A stretch of DNA of 24,000 bases from Bacteroidia bacterium (GCA_030426475.1 JAUHYR010000006.1:6197-30196), one strand, 5' to 3'; shown: positions 1-8,754, counted from the first letter of the stretch. Notes: generated by a model not told the origin, from the sequence alone. Translations and numbers: made by a program.

Positions 1-317
1 ACAGGAAAAACGTACCATCTTTCTTCTAAAATTAAAACAACCTCAATATGGCTTTCATCTTGTTTTACAGTATTTATGGTAATAAAATTGAATAAAAAAG
101 TGTTTGTTAAATTGTATTTAGACTGCTCAAGGTTTTTTATAAGCCTTGATTTTAAAATAGTGTCGTTTTTATTAAAAGTAAGTTCTCTGAGTATGATAAA
201 ATCTCGGGTCTTTTTATTTCCAATAATAGTTATATCACTAATTACTACCGAAGAAGAGTCTTGTCCGCTTATAAAAAATGAAGAAAAAAGAAATGTAATT
301 AATAGGAAACTCTTCAT
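1..317 (-). CDS. Partial CDS (N-terminus, continues past window start): BamA/TamA-family (D15 surface-antigen-like) outer-membrane protein with signal peptide and POTRA-like region
   Basis: Absent from the ORF track because it is open at the window edge. Hand translation of the reverse strand from the ATG at comp(317..315) gives MKSFLLITFLFSSFFISGQDSSSVVISDITIIGNKKTRDFIILRELTFNKNDTILKSRLIKNLEQSKYNLTNTFLFNFITINTVKQDESHIEVVLILEERWYVFP. That is 105 codons with no stop. It has a signal-peptide-like N-terminus, and the I.I.GN..T....I.REL.F and ERWYxFP patterns are typical of POTRA/BamA N-termini. It starts 6 nt after the CBS gene stop. Confidence 0.55.
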   Translation of the reverse strand, partial: MKSFLLITFLFSSFFISGQDSSSVVISDITIIGNKKTRDFIILRELTFNKNDTILKSRLIKNLEQSKYNLTNTFLFNFITINTVKQDESHIEVVLILEERWYVFP

Positions 318-323
318 CAGAGT

Positions 324-986
324 TTAGGTGTTTAAGTATCTCATAAACTCATCATACCTATCTTTCATGTCACTAAAATATTCTTGAGCATTATAAGAAC
401 CGGTAATGTTGTAGTTGTACCTGTTAAAAGTTTGAATTATGTCGGAGATGTCTTGTTTGCTGATTTTTAAAGTAACTTCCAATTTAGTTGAATTAGAATG
501 AGAAGTTACATATGAGCTTAAAATTTTAGCGTCATTTGATTCCACTATTCTTGCTATTTCGGCAAGTGAATAATCATTTAAATTTAATTCTAGAGTGATA
601 ATACTTCCGGGATTTTCAAACGCAGCAATTTTTGAAAGTTTATCTACCAACACAGGAAGTGAAACAACACCTATATATTTTTTGTTTTGGTCTAAAACTG
701 CTAGTGCCGTTAGGTTATTTGCAGAGATTAAATTTAATACTTCAAAAGCATGTTGGGAATTAATAGCAAAACTAGGATCCAATTCTAAATCACACTCACC
801 TATTTCTTTTGAAGGATCGTCAATATCTAATAAGTCACCTTCATTAATAATTCCAATAAATTTTCCTTTATCTACAACTGCCATGTGAGAAACCTTAAAG
901 TCATCCATCCAAGAAAGGACAGTATCAACAGTATTTGTAAGTTTTACAGCAGGAATTTCGCTGGCAATTACGTCAGATGCAATCAT
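324..986 (-). CDS. CBS-pair domain protein with ACT-like C-terminal domain (AcuB-like)
   Basis: ORF track gives 324..1064. I trim the start to the ATG at comp(986..984) (MIASDVIASEIPAVK...), because the upstream 26 codons are low-complexity and run over the divergent pdxJ start. There are two CBS-like repeats (VSHMAVVDKGKFIGIINEGDLL and LTALAVLDQNKKYIGVVSLPVLV), followed by about 90 aa of ACT-like sequence. Confidence 0.8.
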   Translation of the reverse strand: MIASDVIASEIPAVKLTNTVDTVLSWMDDFKVSHMAVVDKGKFIGIINEGDLLDIDDPSKEIGECDLELDPSFAINSQHAFEVLNLISANNLTALAVLDQNKKYIGVVSLPVLVDKLSKIAAFENPGSIITLELNLNDYSLAEIARIVESNDAKILSSYVTSHSNSTKLEVTLKISKQDISDIIQTFNRYNYNITGSYNAQEYFSDMKDRYDEFMRYLNT

Positions 987-1035
987 AAATATTTGATAAA
1001 ATGTAACTTTGGCAAATGTACTATCTATTTTTATA

Positions 1036-1749
1036 ATGGTAAGATTAAGTGTAAATATTAACAAAGTGGCTACTCTTCGTAATGCCAGAGGTGGAAATGT
1101 TCCAAATGTAATTCAGGTCGCTAAAGATTGCGAGTCTTTTGGTGCAGAGGGAATTACCGTTCACCCAAGACCTGATGAACGCCATATTAGATATAGTGAT
1201 GTTCGCGAGCTATCTAAAGTGGTTACAACTGAATTTAATATTGAAGGCTATCCAAACAAATCTTTTATAGACTTAGTTAAAGAAGTTAAACCGCATCAAG
1301 TTACTCTGGTTCCTGATGCACCTGATGTTCTTACATCCAATGCCGGATGGGATACTATTAAAAACGAAGCTTTTTTAAAAGAAGTAATTACTGACTTTAA
1401 AAAACAAAATATAAGAGTTTCACTTTTTATGGATACTGAAATAACTTTTATAGAAAAGGCTGCTCAAACGGGAGCAGATAGAATAGAGCTATATACCGAA
1501 CATTACGCATCAAATTATAATCAAAAGGAGAAGGTAATTCTTCCGTATCAAAAAGCTGCAAAATTGGCAAGTGAACTTGGCTTGGGAGTGAATGCCGGAC
1601 ACGATTTAAGTTTAGAAAACCTCAGGTATTTTAAACAACAGATACCTGAATTACTAGAAGTTTCAATTGGCCATGCATTAATTTCTGATGCGCTTTATTT
1701 TGGATTGGAAAATACTATTCAAATGTATTTAAGGGAGTTAAAAGAATGA
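1036..1749 (+). CDS. pdxJ: Pyridoxine 5'-phosphate synthase
   Basis: [34 protein letters not shown] and SIGHALI are hallmark PdxJ motifs, and the length (about 237 aa) fits. Start trimmed from 1009 to the ATG at 1036 ([10 protein letters not shown]). Confidence 0.9.
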   Translation: MVRLSVNINKVATLRNARGGNVPNVIQVAKDCESFGAEGITVHPRPDERHIRYSDVRELSKVVTTEFNIEGYPNKSFIDLVKEVKPHQVTLVPDAPDVLTSNAGWDTIKNEAFLKEVITDFKKQNIRVSLFMDTEITFIEKAAQTGADRIELYTEHYASNYNQKEKVILPYQKAAKLASELGLGVNAGHDLSLENLRYFKQQIPELLEVSIGHALISDALYFGLENTIQMYLRELKE

Positions 1750-2507
1750 TAGAATTGAATTATAAAAAGCTTGGGCAAGGTCAGCCATTAATTATTTTAC
1801 ACGGTTTATTTGGCTCATTAGATAATTGGATGACCTTGGCAAAGAGGTTTGCCGAAGATTTTGAAGTGTATATTGTAGATGCCAGAAATCATGGTCAATC
1901 TCCGCACACGGATGAATTTGGGTATGAGTTGATGGCACAAGATTTAAAAAACTTTATTAGGCAACATGATATTTCAAACCCAATTATACTAGGACATTCA
2001 ATGGGTGGAAAAACAGCAATGCTTTTTGCGCTTGAAAACCCTGATTTACTTCAAAAATTAATTGTAGTTGATATTACCCCTAAAAAATATCCCGTTCATC
2101 ACCGTGAAATTTTAGATGCTTTGTTGTCTTTAGATTTTTCTCAAATAAAAACCAGAGGAGAAGCTGATGAAGAACTTGCCAAAAAGATAGACAACTTTGC
2201 TGTAAGGCAGTTTTTACTAAAAAACCTTTATTGGAAGGAAAAAGATGAGCTTGCATTTAGGTTTAATTTAGATGTATTAAATAGAGATATAGAAAAAATA
2301 GTTCAAAATTTTGATGCTGATAATAGTTTTGGAAAACCTACCATGTTTATCAGAGGTCTTAAATCGGAATATATTTTGGATTCAGATTTTGAAACTATTA
2401 ATCATTACTTTCCTAATAATAAAATGGTAAGTTTAAATTGTGGTCACTGGATACATGCCGAAAAGCCGGAAGAGTTTTATACTAACGTAATTAATTTTAT
2501 CAAATGA
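1746..2507 (+). CDS. Alpha/beta-fold hydrolase (YbfF/esterase-like)
   Basis: Has the HGLFGS oxyanion region, the GHSMGG nucleophile elbow and a C-terminal GHWIHAE catalytic His. ATGA overlap with the pdxJ stop (1746..1749). Confidence 0.8.
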   Translation: MIELNYKKLGQGQPLIILHGLFGSLDNWMTLAKRFAEDFEVYIVDARNHGQSPHTDEFGYELMAQDLKNFIRQHDISNPIILGHSMGGKTAMLFALENPDLLQKLIVVDITPKKYPVHHREILDALLSLDFSQIKTRGEADEELAKKIDNFAVRQFLLKNLYWKEKDELAFRFNLDVLNRDIEKIVQNFDADNSFGKPTMFIRGLKSEYILDSDFETINHYFPNNKMVSLNCGHWIHAEKPEEFYTNVINFIK

Positions 2508-3070
2508 AAGTAGTAAGTGGTATTTTAATCTGTGCTTGTTTTTTGTTAGTTGGATGTAATTCTAAAACGTCTTCTAAAGTAAAAAATGACAAACAGACTG
2601 AAAAAGTTGAGAAAAGCAACACCAAAGAAGTTGTTAATGAAAAGAGTGTATCTAATCAAAGTGAAACTAAATCCGCACCAACGCAAAATCAGTCTACTCA
2701 AAACACAAAACAATCATCATATATAGAGAAGTCAAAATTTATAGGAAGTTGGGAGGTAATTACCATGACCATTCATTATACTGATAATTCAAATGCTGAC
2801 ACTACTTTTATTCCGCCTAAGCTTATGCAGTATAAGTTTATGGAAAATGAAACTTGTATAATTACCGTTGCCGAAACTAGAAGTTCAACACCCCAAAACA
2901 CTACAAAATATTACAAATATTTCAGTGATAATACATTTGATTTTTTTGATGTTTTGCAAACAAGTGACGGAACAGGTAGCTATGAAATTTTTGAGCTGAA
3001 CGACACTAATATGATTTTCAGAGTTTGCTTCGGAGCCCGCTGTTATATATATGACTTAAAGAGAATCTAG
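2504..3070 (+). CDS. Hypothetical lipoprotein (S/T/Q/K-rich linker plus small beta-rich domain)
   Basis: Signal peptide with lipobox LLVGC-NS, then a low-complexity linker and a globular tail (GSWEVITMTIHY...). ATGA overlap with the upstream hydrolase. No recognisable catalytic motif. Confidence 0.6.
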   Translation: MKVVSGILICACFLLVGCNSKTSSKVKNDKQTEKVEKSNTKEVVNEKSVSNQSETKSAPTQNQSTQNTKQSSYIEKSKFIGSWEVITMTIHYTDNSNADTTFIPPKLMQYKFMENETCIITVAETRSSTPQNTTKYYKYFSDNTFDFFDVLQTSDGTGSYEIFELNDTNMIFRVCFGARCYIYDLKRI

Positions 3071-3558
3071 TTGGGTTTAATTAAGATAGGAGTTTCCACA
3101 ATGTTGCTCTCATGTAGTTCTCTATCAACCAATTGAATGCTATATTTGAATGAGTCTAAGGCATTTGTGGCGTAGTAAGACGGGCTAATAACCACAGAAA
3201 TGTCACCCTCAAGTGCTTTATTTTTACTTTCTTGAGTGATATATGGAACTCTGTAATAAAAAGGGACAAATAAACTTCTCTGTACAAAAGTACCATTCTC
3301 TTGCTCAAGATATTCTAAATACAAGTTATAATGAGTTTTTTTGTCAGAAGAAAAATTTCCGGTAGTGTCACTATCTCTTAATCCAATATCGCCATCACCG
3401 TCTGTAAAGGAAATAGTAATAGTTGCTGAGTCTCCGGTAACAACAAAATCTTTAAAAGTAATTTCAGGTTCTATAGGAAACTCCGGTGGTTTTCTACAAG
3501 AGAAGAAAATTACCGTTATAGTAAATAGAATTAAAGTTATTTTTGAAAACTGATTCAC
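3067..3558 (-). CDS. Hypothetical lipoprotein with DGDGD acidic loop
   Basis: Signal peptide and lipobox (VIFFSC-RK) and an FTDGDGDIGLRDSD Ca-binding-like loop. The start is GTG at comp(3558..3556), and no downstream ATG preserves the signal peptide. Confidence 0.6.
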   Translation of the reverse strand: MNQFSKITLILFTITVIFFSCRKPPEFPIEPEITFKDFVVTGDSATITISFTDGDGDIGLRDSDTTGNFSSDKKTHYNLYLEYLEQENGTFVQRSLFVPFYYRVPYITQESKNKALEGDISVVISPSYYATNALDSFKYSIQLVDRELHESNIVETPILIKPN

Positions 3559-3604
3559 TAAACAAAAGTAAGTAAAAAATTAAAAAGCCTAACGTTCAAT
3601 AACT

Positions 3605-4594
3605 TTGGATATTTTAAAACTGGAAAATAAAATATTTGATATTCAGTCCGACAGTGATTTTGATGATGTTTCGCTTCAGGTTTTTGATTTTCAGTATCAT
3701 AGCATTAAGGTGTATCAAGAGTTTTGTGATTTGTTAAACAGAAACCCTCAAAATATTGAGTCCTATCTAGATATCCCGTTTTTGCCGATAGGTTTTTTTA
3801 AGAATAATAAAATTATAGCTGATAACTATACTCCTGAAATAATTTTTGAGTCTAGCGGAACTACAGGTAGTGAAACAAGTAAGCATTATCTAGCTAAAAC
3901 AGAATTATACAAAAAGAGCTTTTTAAACTGTTTTCGTCAGTTTTATGGTAACCCTAATGATTATTGTATTGTTGGGTTGCTGCCATCTTATCTGGAGAGA
4001 GGAAACTCTTCTTTGGTGTACATGGTGAATGAGTTGATAGGGTTATCAGGAAACGAGCAGAGCGGCTTTTATTTAAATAATTATAAAGAGTTAGCAGAAC
4101 TGCTTTTAATAAATGAGGGAAACAAACAAAAAACATTGGTTTTTGGTGTGTCTTATGCTTTATTAGATATGGCTGAAAGCTTCCCGATGAAATTATCATA
4201 TACCACCATTATAGAAACCGGAGGTATGAAAGGTAGGAGAAAAGAGTTAATCAGGGAAGAGTTACATGAAATTTTAAAAAGGGGCTTTGGAGTTAACCAA
4301 ATACATTCTGAATATGGTATGACAGAGCTTTTAAGTCAAGCTTATCTTACTGAAGATAACATATTTCAATCACCTAACTGGATGAAGGTAATTATTAGAG
4401 AAGTGGAATCTCCTTTAATGCTTTTGGAAGAAGGAAAAATTGGAGGAATAAATATTATAGACTTAGCAAATCTCTACTCTTGTTCGTTTATAGCGACACA
4501 AGACCTAGGTAAAAGTCATACTAATAACACTTTTGAAGTTTTGGGCAGATTTGACAATAGTGATATAAGAGGTTGTAATTTGCTGGTTAGTTAA
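3605..4594 (+). CDS. LuxE/PaaK-family adenylate-forming enzyme (acyl-protein synthetase-like)
   Basis: Has the SSGTTGSETSKH adenylation motif, a later ETGGMKGRRKE and SEYGMTEL, and a size of about 329 aa, typical of the Bacteroidota LuxE-like family. TTG start at 3605. Confidence 0.65.
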   Translation: MDILKLENKIFDIQSDSDFDDVSLQVFDFQYHSIKVYQEFCDLLNRNPQNIESYLDIPFLPIGFFKNNKIIADNYTPEIIFESSGTTGSETSKHYLAKTELYKKSFLNCFRQFYGNPNDYCIVGLLPSYLERGNSSLVYMVNELIGLSGNEQSGFYLNNYKELAELLLINEGNKQKTLVFGVSYALLDMAESFPMKLSYTTIIETGGMKGRRKELIREELHEILKRGFGVNQIHSEYGMTELLSQAYLTEDNIFQSPNWMKVIIREVESPLMLLEEGKIGGINIIDLANLYSCSFIATQDLGKSHTNNTFEVLGRFDNSDIRGCNLLVS

Positions 4595-4654
4595 TAAAAA
4601 TGTATTATTTTTGGCTCGCTTTTTGATAAAATCAAAACACTAAAACCATAAAAA

Positions 4655-5194
4655 ATGAAAAGAATTAAGTTTTTACCATTATTTATAATAACAGTACTAG
4701 CCTTATCATCATGTTCAAGGTCGGTTGTATTTAACGATAAAGTTAAAGAGGAATATAATCTGTCTCCCAACGAAATTAAAGGGTTGCAGTTTTATACCTC
4801 ACATGATATTATGCTAGAAAGAAGAGAAGATGAGAAAAAAGAAAAAGGAACATCTAGCTCTGGTACTCTAGTGATTTCTGAAAAAAGTAGCTCTGAAACT
4901 GTTTTAATAGAAAGAGGCACTAAAGGAGTTTGTGTAAAAGTATTTGATGATAATAAAATTGCAGTTGCTTTTGAAGCAGACGATAACAAATATCTTGTTT
5001 TTGGTGACCCAAATAAAATTGGAAGATACTCACTATTTGCAGCGGAGTGGAAAAATGGTAAAGGAGTTTTAGAGTATGGCGGTCAAAATTACTACGCTAT
5101 GCCCGGAAGCGGCAATTGCTATTTGAAAATCAAAATGAAGAGAATTAAAAAATACAAAAAATCAGTAAGTAAAGTTAAAGGAAGAACAGTTTAA
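4655..5194 (+). CDS. Hypothetical lipoprotein with lysine-rich C-terminal tail
   Basis: Signal peptide with lipobox LALSSC-SR. ATG start, followed by a clear intrinsic terminator. No catalytic motifs. Confidence 0.6.
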   Translation: MKRIKFLPLFIITVLALSSCSRSVVFNDKVKEEYNLSPNEIKGLQFYTSHDIMLERREDEKKEKGTSSSGTLVISEKSSSETVLIERGTKGVCVKVFDDNKIAVAFEADDNKYLVFGDPNKIGRYSLFAAEWKNGKGVLEYGGQNYYAMPGSGNCYLKIKMKRIKKYKKSVSKVKGRTV

Positions 5195-5217
5195 TACATT
5201 TAAACATTTTCTATAAA

Positions 5218-5247
5218 ACCCATTGCCCAAAAGCAGTGGGTTTTTTT
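5218..5247 (+). terminator. Rho-independent terminator after the 4655..5194 lipoprotein gene
   Basis: ACCCATTGC (5218..5226) pairs with GCAGTGGGT (5233..5241), giving a 9-bp stem with one G-U pair and a 6-nt loop CCAAAA. A T-run follows to 5247. Confidence 0.65.
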
Positions 5248-5264
5248 GTAACTTTGGTTTCATA

Positions 5265-6113
5265 ATGAAGGCTAAATTTATATTGATTTTCTTACTTCAG
5301 GCAAGTCTGGGCTTTTCCACTATAGTATCAGACACTATTTATATAAACAGTGGTTTTCTGGTTACTGACTCTGATAGTTTTCCGGTGTTGAGTTATAACG
5401 ATAGCCCTGTTTTTAATCAAGGAAATTATGTGATAAATATTCAAAAAGATGATACTCTTTTGCTGTCAATTAAAAATAATCATTCACAAAAACACAATTT
5501 TAATATTAAAAGCATTTCAGGAATAGACACTTCTGCAATTTCCTCAGGAAGTTTAAAAACAATTTCAATTACTGGGCTACAACCTGGCGGATATATTTTT
5601 TATGATAGTTATGATTATAACTCATATTTAGGTTTGGCATCCGCTATAGTGGTGAAAGACTTTTTACATAAACATTATGTGTTAAATGTTAGGGAGTTTA
5701 TGACAGATTGGAATTTTCAGTTATTTAACCTAGCTATACCATCTTCTTCTTACTTACCGAACTGTTTTACTTTTAATGGTAAAAGCTATCCTGATACAAA
5801 AATGGACTCATCGGCCAATATAATGGGAAATGTTGGAGACACAATAATTGTATTTATTGTAAATACAGGAATGCACCATCATGCAATTCACACACATGGG
5901 TATCACTTAACAATACTTAATTCAACTAAAGAAAGTCATAAAATAGGCAGGTCGAAAGACTCCTTTCCTTTGTATACCGATGAGGTGTTAACTCTTAGAG
6001 TTGTTCCTGACCAACCAGGAATGTATCCAATTCATGACCATAATTTAATTTCAGTTACAAATGGAGGAAATTATCCAGGAGGAATGATAACCATGTTTCA
6101 TATAATGCCATGA
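5265..6113 (+). CDS. Secreted cupredoxin-fold, multicopper-oxidase-like protein (HxHG and HxH motifs, no type-1 Cu cysteine)
   Basis: Start trimmed from the TTG at 5223, which lies inside the terminator stem, to the ATG at 5265 (MKAKFILIFLLQASLG signal peptide). HHHAIHTHG is at nt 5874..5900 and IHDHNL (HDH) at 6033..6041. FNGKSYPDT and GMYPIHDH resemble the MCO fold. Confidence 0.7.
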   Translation: MKAKFILIFLLQASLGFSTIVSDTIYINSGFLVTDSDSFPVLSYNDSPVFNQGNYVINIQKDDTLLLSIKNNHSQKHNFNIKSISGIDTSAISSGSLKTISITGLQPGGYIFYDSYDYNSYLGLASAIVVKDFLHKHYVLNVREFMTDWNFQLFNLAIPSSSYLPNCFTFNGKSYPDTKMDSSANIMGNVGDTIIVFIVNTGMHHHAIHTHGYHLTILNSTKESHKIGRSKDSFPLYTDEVLTLRVVPDQPGMYPIHDHNLISVTNGGNYPGGMITMFHIMP

Positions 6114-7315
6114 GATTAATTATTATATTCATATTAACTGGTTATTCTTTGGTTTATAGTCAACCCAAAAAAACATTTGAATTAGTTTCAAAAATGGATG
6201 GCATTCATTTTTTGGATAATAATGACTCAACTTATATTTGGGGATATTCTTTTTATAATAGCGAAGGTAGCCTGAGACCTAAACTTCCTTCTCCTACTTT
6301 AATGGTTAGTGAAGGAGATTCTGTTCATATTATAATGTACAATACATCAGGAGAAGGGCATACCATTCATTTACACGGACTAGATGCCGACCAAGCAAAT
6401 GATGGGGTACCGCAACTTTCTTATTTTGTTTCTCCGCATGTTGATACCGGAAATTATAGAATTGTAGCGAAGCATGCAGGAAATTATATGTACCACTGTC
6501 ATGTTACATCTACCATGCATGTTACTATGGGGATGTATGGAGCTTTTATAGTAAAAGCTCAGGGAGGTGTTAATCAAGTTTATACCGGTGGCCCGGCTTA
6601 TACAAAAGAGTACATTTACTTTACTTCTGATATGCAGAAATCATGGAATGATGATTATATGAGTATAGGACCATTTAATAAATACAAGCCTGACAGATTT
6701 TTAATAAATGGAATTGAAAAGAACCAGTTGTTTCAAGATTCTTCTCAAGTAATACAAGCACAAACGGGCGATACAGTTTTACTTAGATTGATAAACCTTG
6801 GGTATTCTGCTGTTAAGTATGAATTTCCTTCTCAATTAAACGCCACATTTATAACAAATGATGGTAGAGTTTTAAATCCAACAGAAAAGTCTGATACGCT
6901 GACATTATTTCCCGGAGAACGAACCAGCGTATTACTTTATTTCAATTCATCTTATACCGGATATATAAAAGTTCACTATCATAATTTATATCAAATGAAA
7001 GGTATTGGTTTTAATGAAATCGGAATAAACCTTTATTCACCTTCATTGATTGAGGAGCAAGCTATTTTAACCAAAAATATTAAGCTTTATCCGAACCCAA
7101 CAACGGGTATAGTTAATATAAACTTTCAAATAAAGGAAAACGAAAAAATAGATATTGAGGCAGTTTTATTTGATGTTTCTGGAAAAATTGTGAAGAAAGA
7201 TAAACTACTTAACCAAAAAGAAAGTTTAGATTACTCTAGTCTTAGTAATGGAGTTTATATTTTAAAACTTATAAGTGGAAATTTTTCGGAATCAATAAAG
7301 ATTATTAAACACTAG
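6110..7315 (+). CDS. Multicopper oxidase (type-1 Cu-bearing domain) with T9SS C-terminal sorting domain
   Basis: Signal peptide MRLIIIFILTGYSLVYS. HTIHLHG is at 6359..6379 and YHCHVTSTMHVTMGM at 6494..6535 (HCH..H..M blue-copper/trinuclear motif). FLINGIEKN and GDTVLLRLINLG mark a second cupredoxin domain. ATGA overlap with the upstream gene. Confidence 0.8.
   Translation: MRLIIIFILTGYSLVYSQPKKTFELVSKMDGIHFLDNNDSTYIWGYSFYNSEGSLRPKLPSPTLMVSEGDSVHIIMYNTSGEGHTIHLHGLDADQANDGVPQLSYFVSPHVDTGNYRIVAKHAGNYMYHCHVTSTMHVTMGMYGAFIVKAQGGVNQVYTGGPAYTKEYIYFTSDMQKSWNDDYMSIGPFNKYKPDRFLINGIEKNQLFQDSSQVIQAQTGDTVLLRLINLGYSAVKYEFPSQLNATFITNDGRVLNPTEKSDTLTLFPGERTSVLLYFNSSYTGYIKVHYHNLYQMKGIGFNEIGINLYSPSLIEEQAILTKNIKLYPNPTTGIVNINFQIKENEKIDIEAVLFDVSGKIVKKDKLLNQKESLDYSSLSNGVYILKLISGNFSESIKIIKH
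7079..7312 (+). other. T9SS (Por) C-terminal sorting domain of the 6110..7315 product
   Basis: IKLYPNPTTGIVNINF ... FDVSGKIV ... LDYSSLSNGVYILKLISG ... IKIIKH matches the Por_Secre_tail pattern (LYPNP...; D..G+.V; L..GVY). Confidence 0.75.
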
Positions 7316-8688
7316 CGATAATCTTCCTCTTCGTCAATCATTGCTTTTTCGTAGTCAGGAGGAGTTTTAAGTTCATCATAATTTTCAGGAAAATGCTTTT
7401 TCAAAAATACTGCTTTATAAAGCTCGTAATTCATACTATCCCAGTGAATTAAGGTTATTCTATATTGCCATGTTTGAAATATGTTTAAACTGATAAAAAA
7501 TAAAATAGAAATGGCAGATATAAACTTAACAATGTATTGCCGTTTTATTTCAAATATTTTTTCAAAACATAAGCATAAAGGGATAGCTAAAAGTCCATAA
7601 AAGTCAACAAAGGTTCTCATTCCAAAACTTCCACCATACCACCAACACCACCAACTTAAAATAACATAAATGCTGATCGATAAATAAGCCGGAATAAGAA
7701 AAGCATATTCTCTCACTCTTCTTAACCAGTAAAGGCCAATTAAACTAAAAATCATAATTGGAGTGTAGATGAGCCAACCTTTTCTAAATCCAAAAAAGCC
7801 GGGAAGAAGCTTTGGATTTAAAAAGTGAAAGCCTTCATCAGTATATGACCAATAAATAAAGCTTCCTGTTACCACTTTCCAATAAACTAGTTGAGGTATA
7901 AGAGGTATAATAAATACTAATGCTATTACTAAAACATGCACAATGTTTCTTCTTACAATTCTAAGTTTAATAAGAAGCGTCTTATAGTTATATACGTTAT
8001 AAAGTATAGGAATTAAAGCAAAAAGTAAATTAGTTGGTCTTACAACTGTCGCTAAACCTATACAAACCCCAATAATTATGGAGTAAATAAATCTTGGTTT
8101 TTCATGCCATTTTATAGTTGCATAAAGAAGTAAAATCAGGATAAAAAAGTTATACGCATGGGACATTGGCCCCCATACCGTAACGTAGAAAAATAAATTA
8201 GTACCGAAGGCTAATACTAATAATGATAAAGCCGTAATTTTTTCACTGAAATAATTAAGGAGAATTTTTCTTAGTAATAAAATTCCCAAAAAGGCATAGA
8301 AGAAAGCGCTTAAGCATATTAATATTTCATAAGGAAGAGAATATCCATTTGCAGGGTAGGAAGAGTTTTTTGCTATAAAATGAGCAATTCCAAAAAATGG
8401 TGAGTACATTAAAGACAAGCCAAGACTCATTTTTGGATGTCTAAAACCTTCAGGAGAAGTTAATACCCAAATTTTACTTTTCACATATTCATCCGATACA
8501 GTGTCGATAAAGTTAAAATGAGGATCGTCATAAATAAATGTTGCAGGCAAATATGAATAATATGAAATAACGTCAGAAACAATAGTTCCGTTCCCATTCC
8601 ATGGTTTGATGTTGTTCATGTGATAAAACCATCCTATTAGAATGATTAGGACAGATAATTTTGAAAATGAAAAGAAGTTTTTTATCAT
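7312..8688 (-). CDS. Polytopic membrane protein, putative GT-C-fold (ArnT/PMT-like) glycosyltransferase
   Basis: 458 aa with at least 10 hydrophobic segments. The first extracytoplasmic loop has an aromatic/acidic motif (SDVISYYSYLPATFIYDDPHF). Overall layout is like GT39/GT83 enzymes. This is a fold-level guess only. Confidence 0.45.
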   Translation of the reverse strand: MIKNFFSFSKLSVLIILIGWFYHMNNIKPWNGNGTIVSDVISYYSYLPATFIYDDPHFNFIDTVSDEYVKSKIWVLTSPEGFRHPKMSLGLSLMYSPFFGIAHFIAKNSSYPANGYSLPYEILICLSAFFYAFLGILLLRKILLNYFSEKITALSLLVLAFGTNLFFYVTVWGPMSHAYNFFILILLLYATIKWHEKPRFIYSIIIGVCIGLATVVRPTNLLFALIPILYNVYNYKTLLIKLRIVRRNIVHVLVIALVFIIPLIPQLVYWKVVTGSFIYWSYTDEGFHFLNPKLLPGFFGFRKGWLIYTPIMIFSLIGLYWLRRVREYAFLIPAYLSISIYVILSWWCWWYGGSFGMRTFVDFYGLLAIPLCLCFEKIFEIKRQYIVKFISAISILFFISLNIFQTWQYRITLIHWDSMNYELYKAVFLKKHFPENYDELKTPPDYEKAMIDEEEDYR

Positions 8689-8754
8689 ACTATTACTATC
8701 ACTTTGTAAATTAATTACGTAAATAACCTAAATTAGGCGCATAAAATAAAACCT

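Noticed and set aside
76-327. 83-aa plus-strand ORF from the track
   Set aside because: The peptide is low-complexity and hydrophobic (FFISLDFKIVSFLL...). It lies entirely antisense to a much better-supported BamA-like reading frame (comp 317..1) that has recognisable POTRA-type sequence.
987-1064. N-terminal extension of the CBS gene (track start 1064), and likewise 1009..1035 for pdxJ
   Set aside because: The extensions would make the two divergent genes overlap by 56 nt, and they add non-conserved hydrophobic residues. Internal ATGs at 986 and 1036 sit just before the conserved domain starts.
5223-5264. Track start (TTG at 5223) of the first MCO-like ORF
   Set aside because: The TTG lies inside the stem of the terminator hairpin at 5218..5247. 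The ATG at 5265 gives a clean signal peptide.
5265-7315. Idea that the two MCO-like ORFs are one gene broken by a frameshift (pseudogene)
   Set aside because: The second ORF begins with a canonical signal peptide (MRLIIIFILTGYSLVYS) and an ATGA coupling junction, which a random frameshift would be unlikely to create. I cannot fully exclude this without orthologues, so it is listed as a refutation test.
8707-8735. 8-bp perfect palindrome TTACGTAA (8715..8722) flanked by TAAATTA direct repeats, lying in the divergent promoter region between the membrane gene and the DUF785/rimK operon
   Set aside because: It could be a regulator site. However, the elements are short and AT-only in a genome that is about two-thirds A+T, so the chance expectation is high. 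There is no second copy elsewhere in the window to support a motif.
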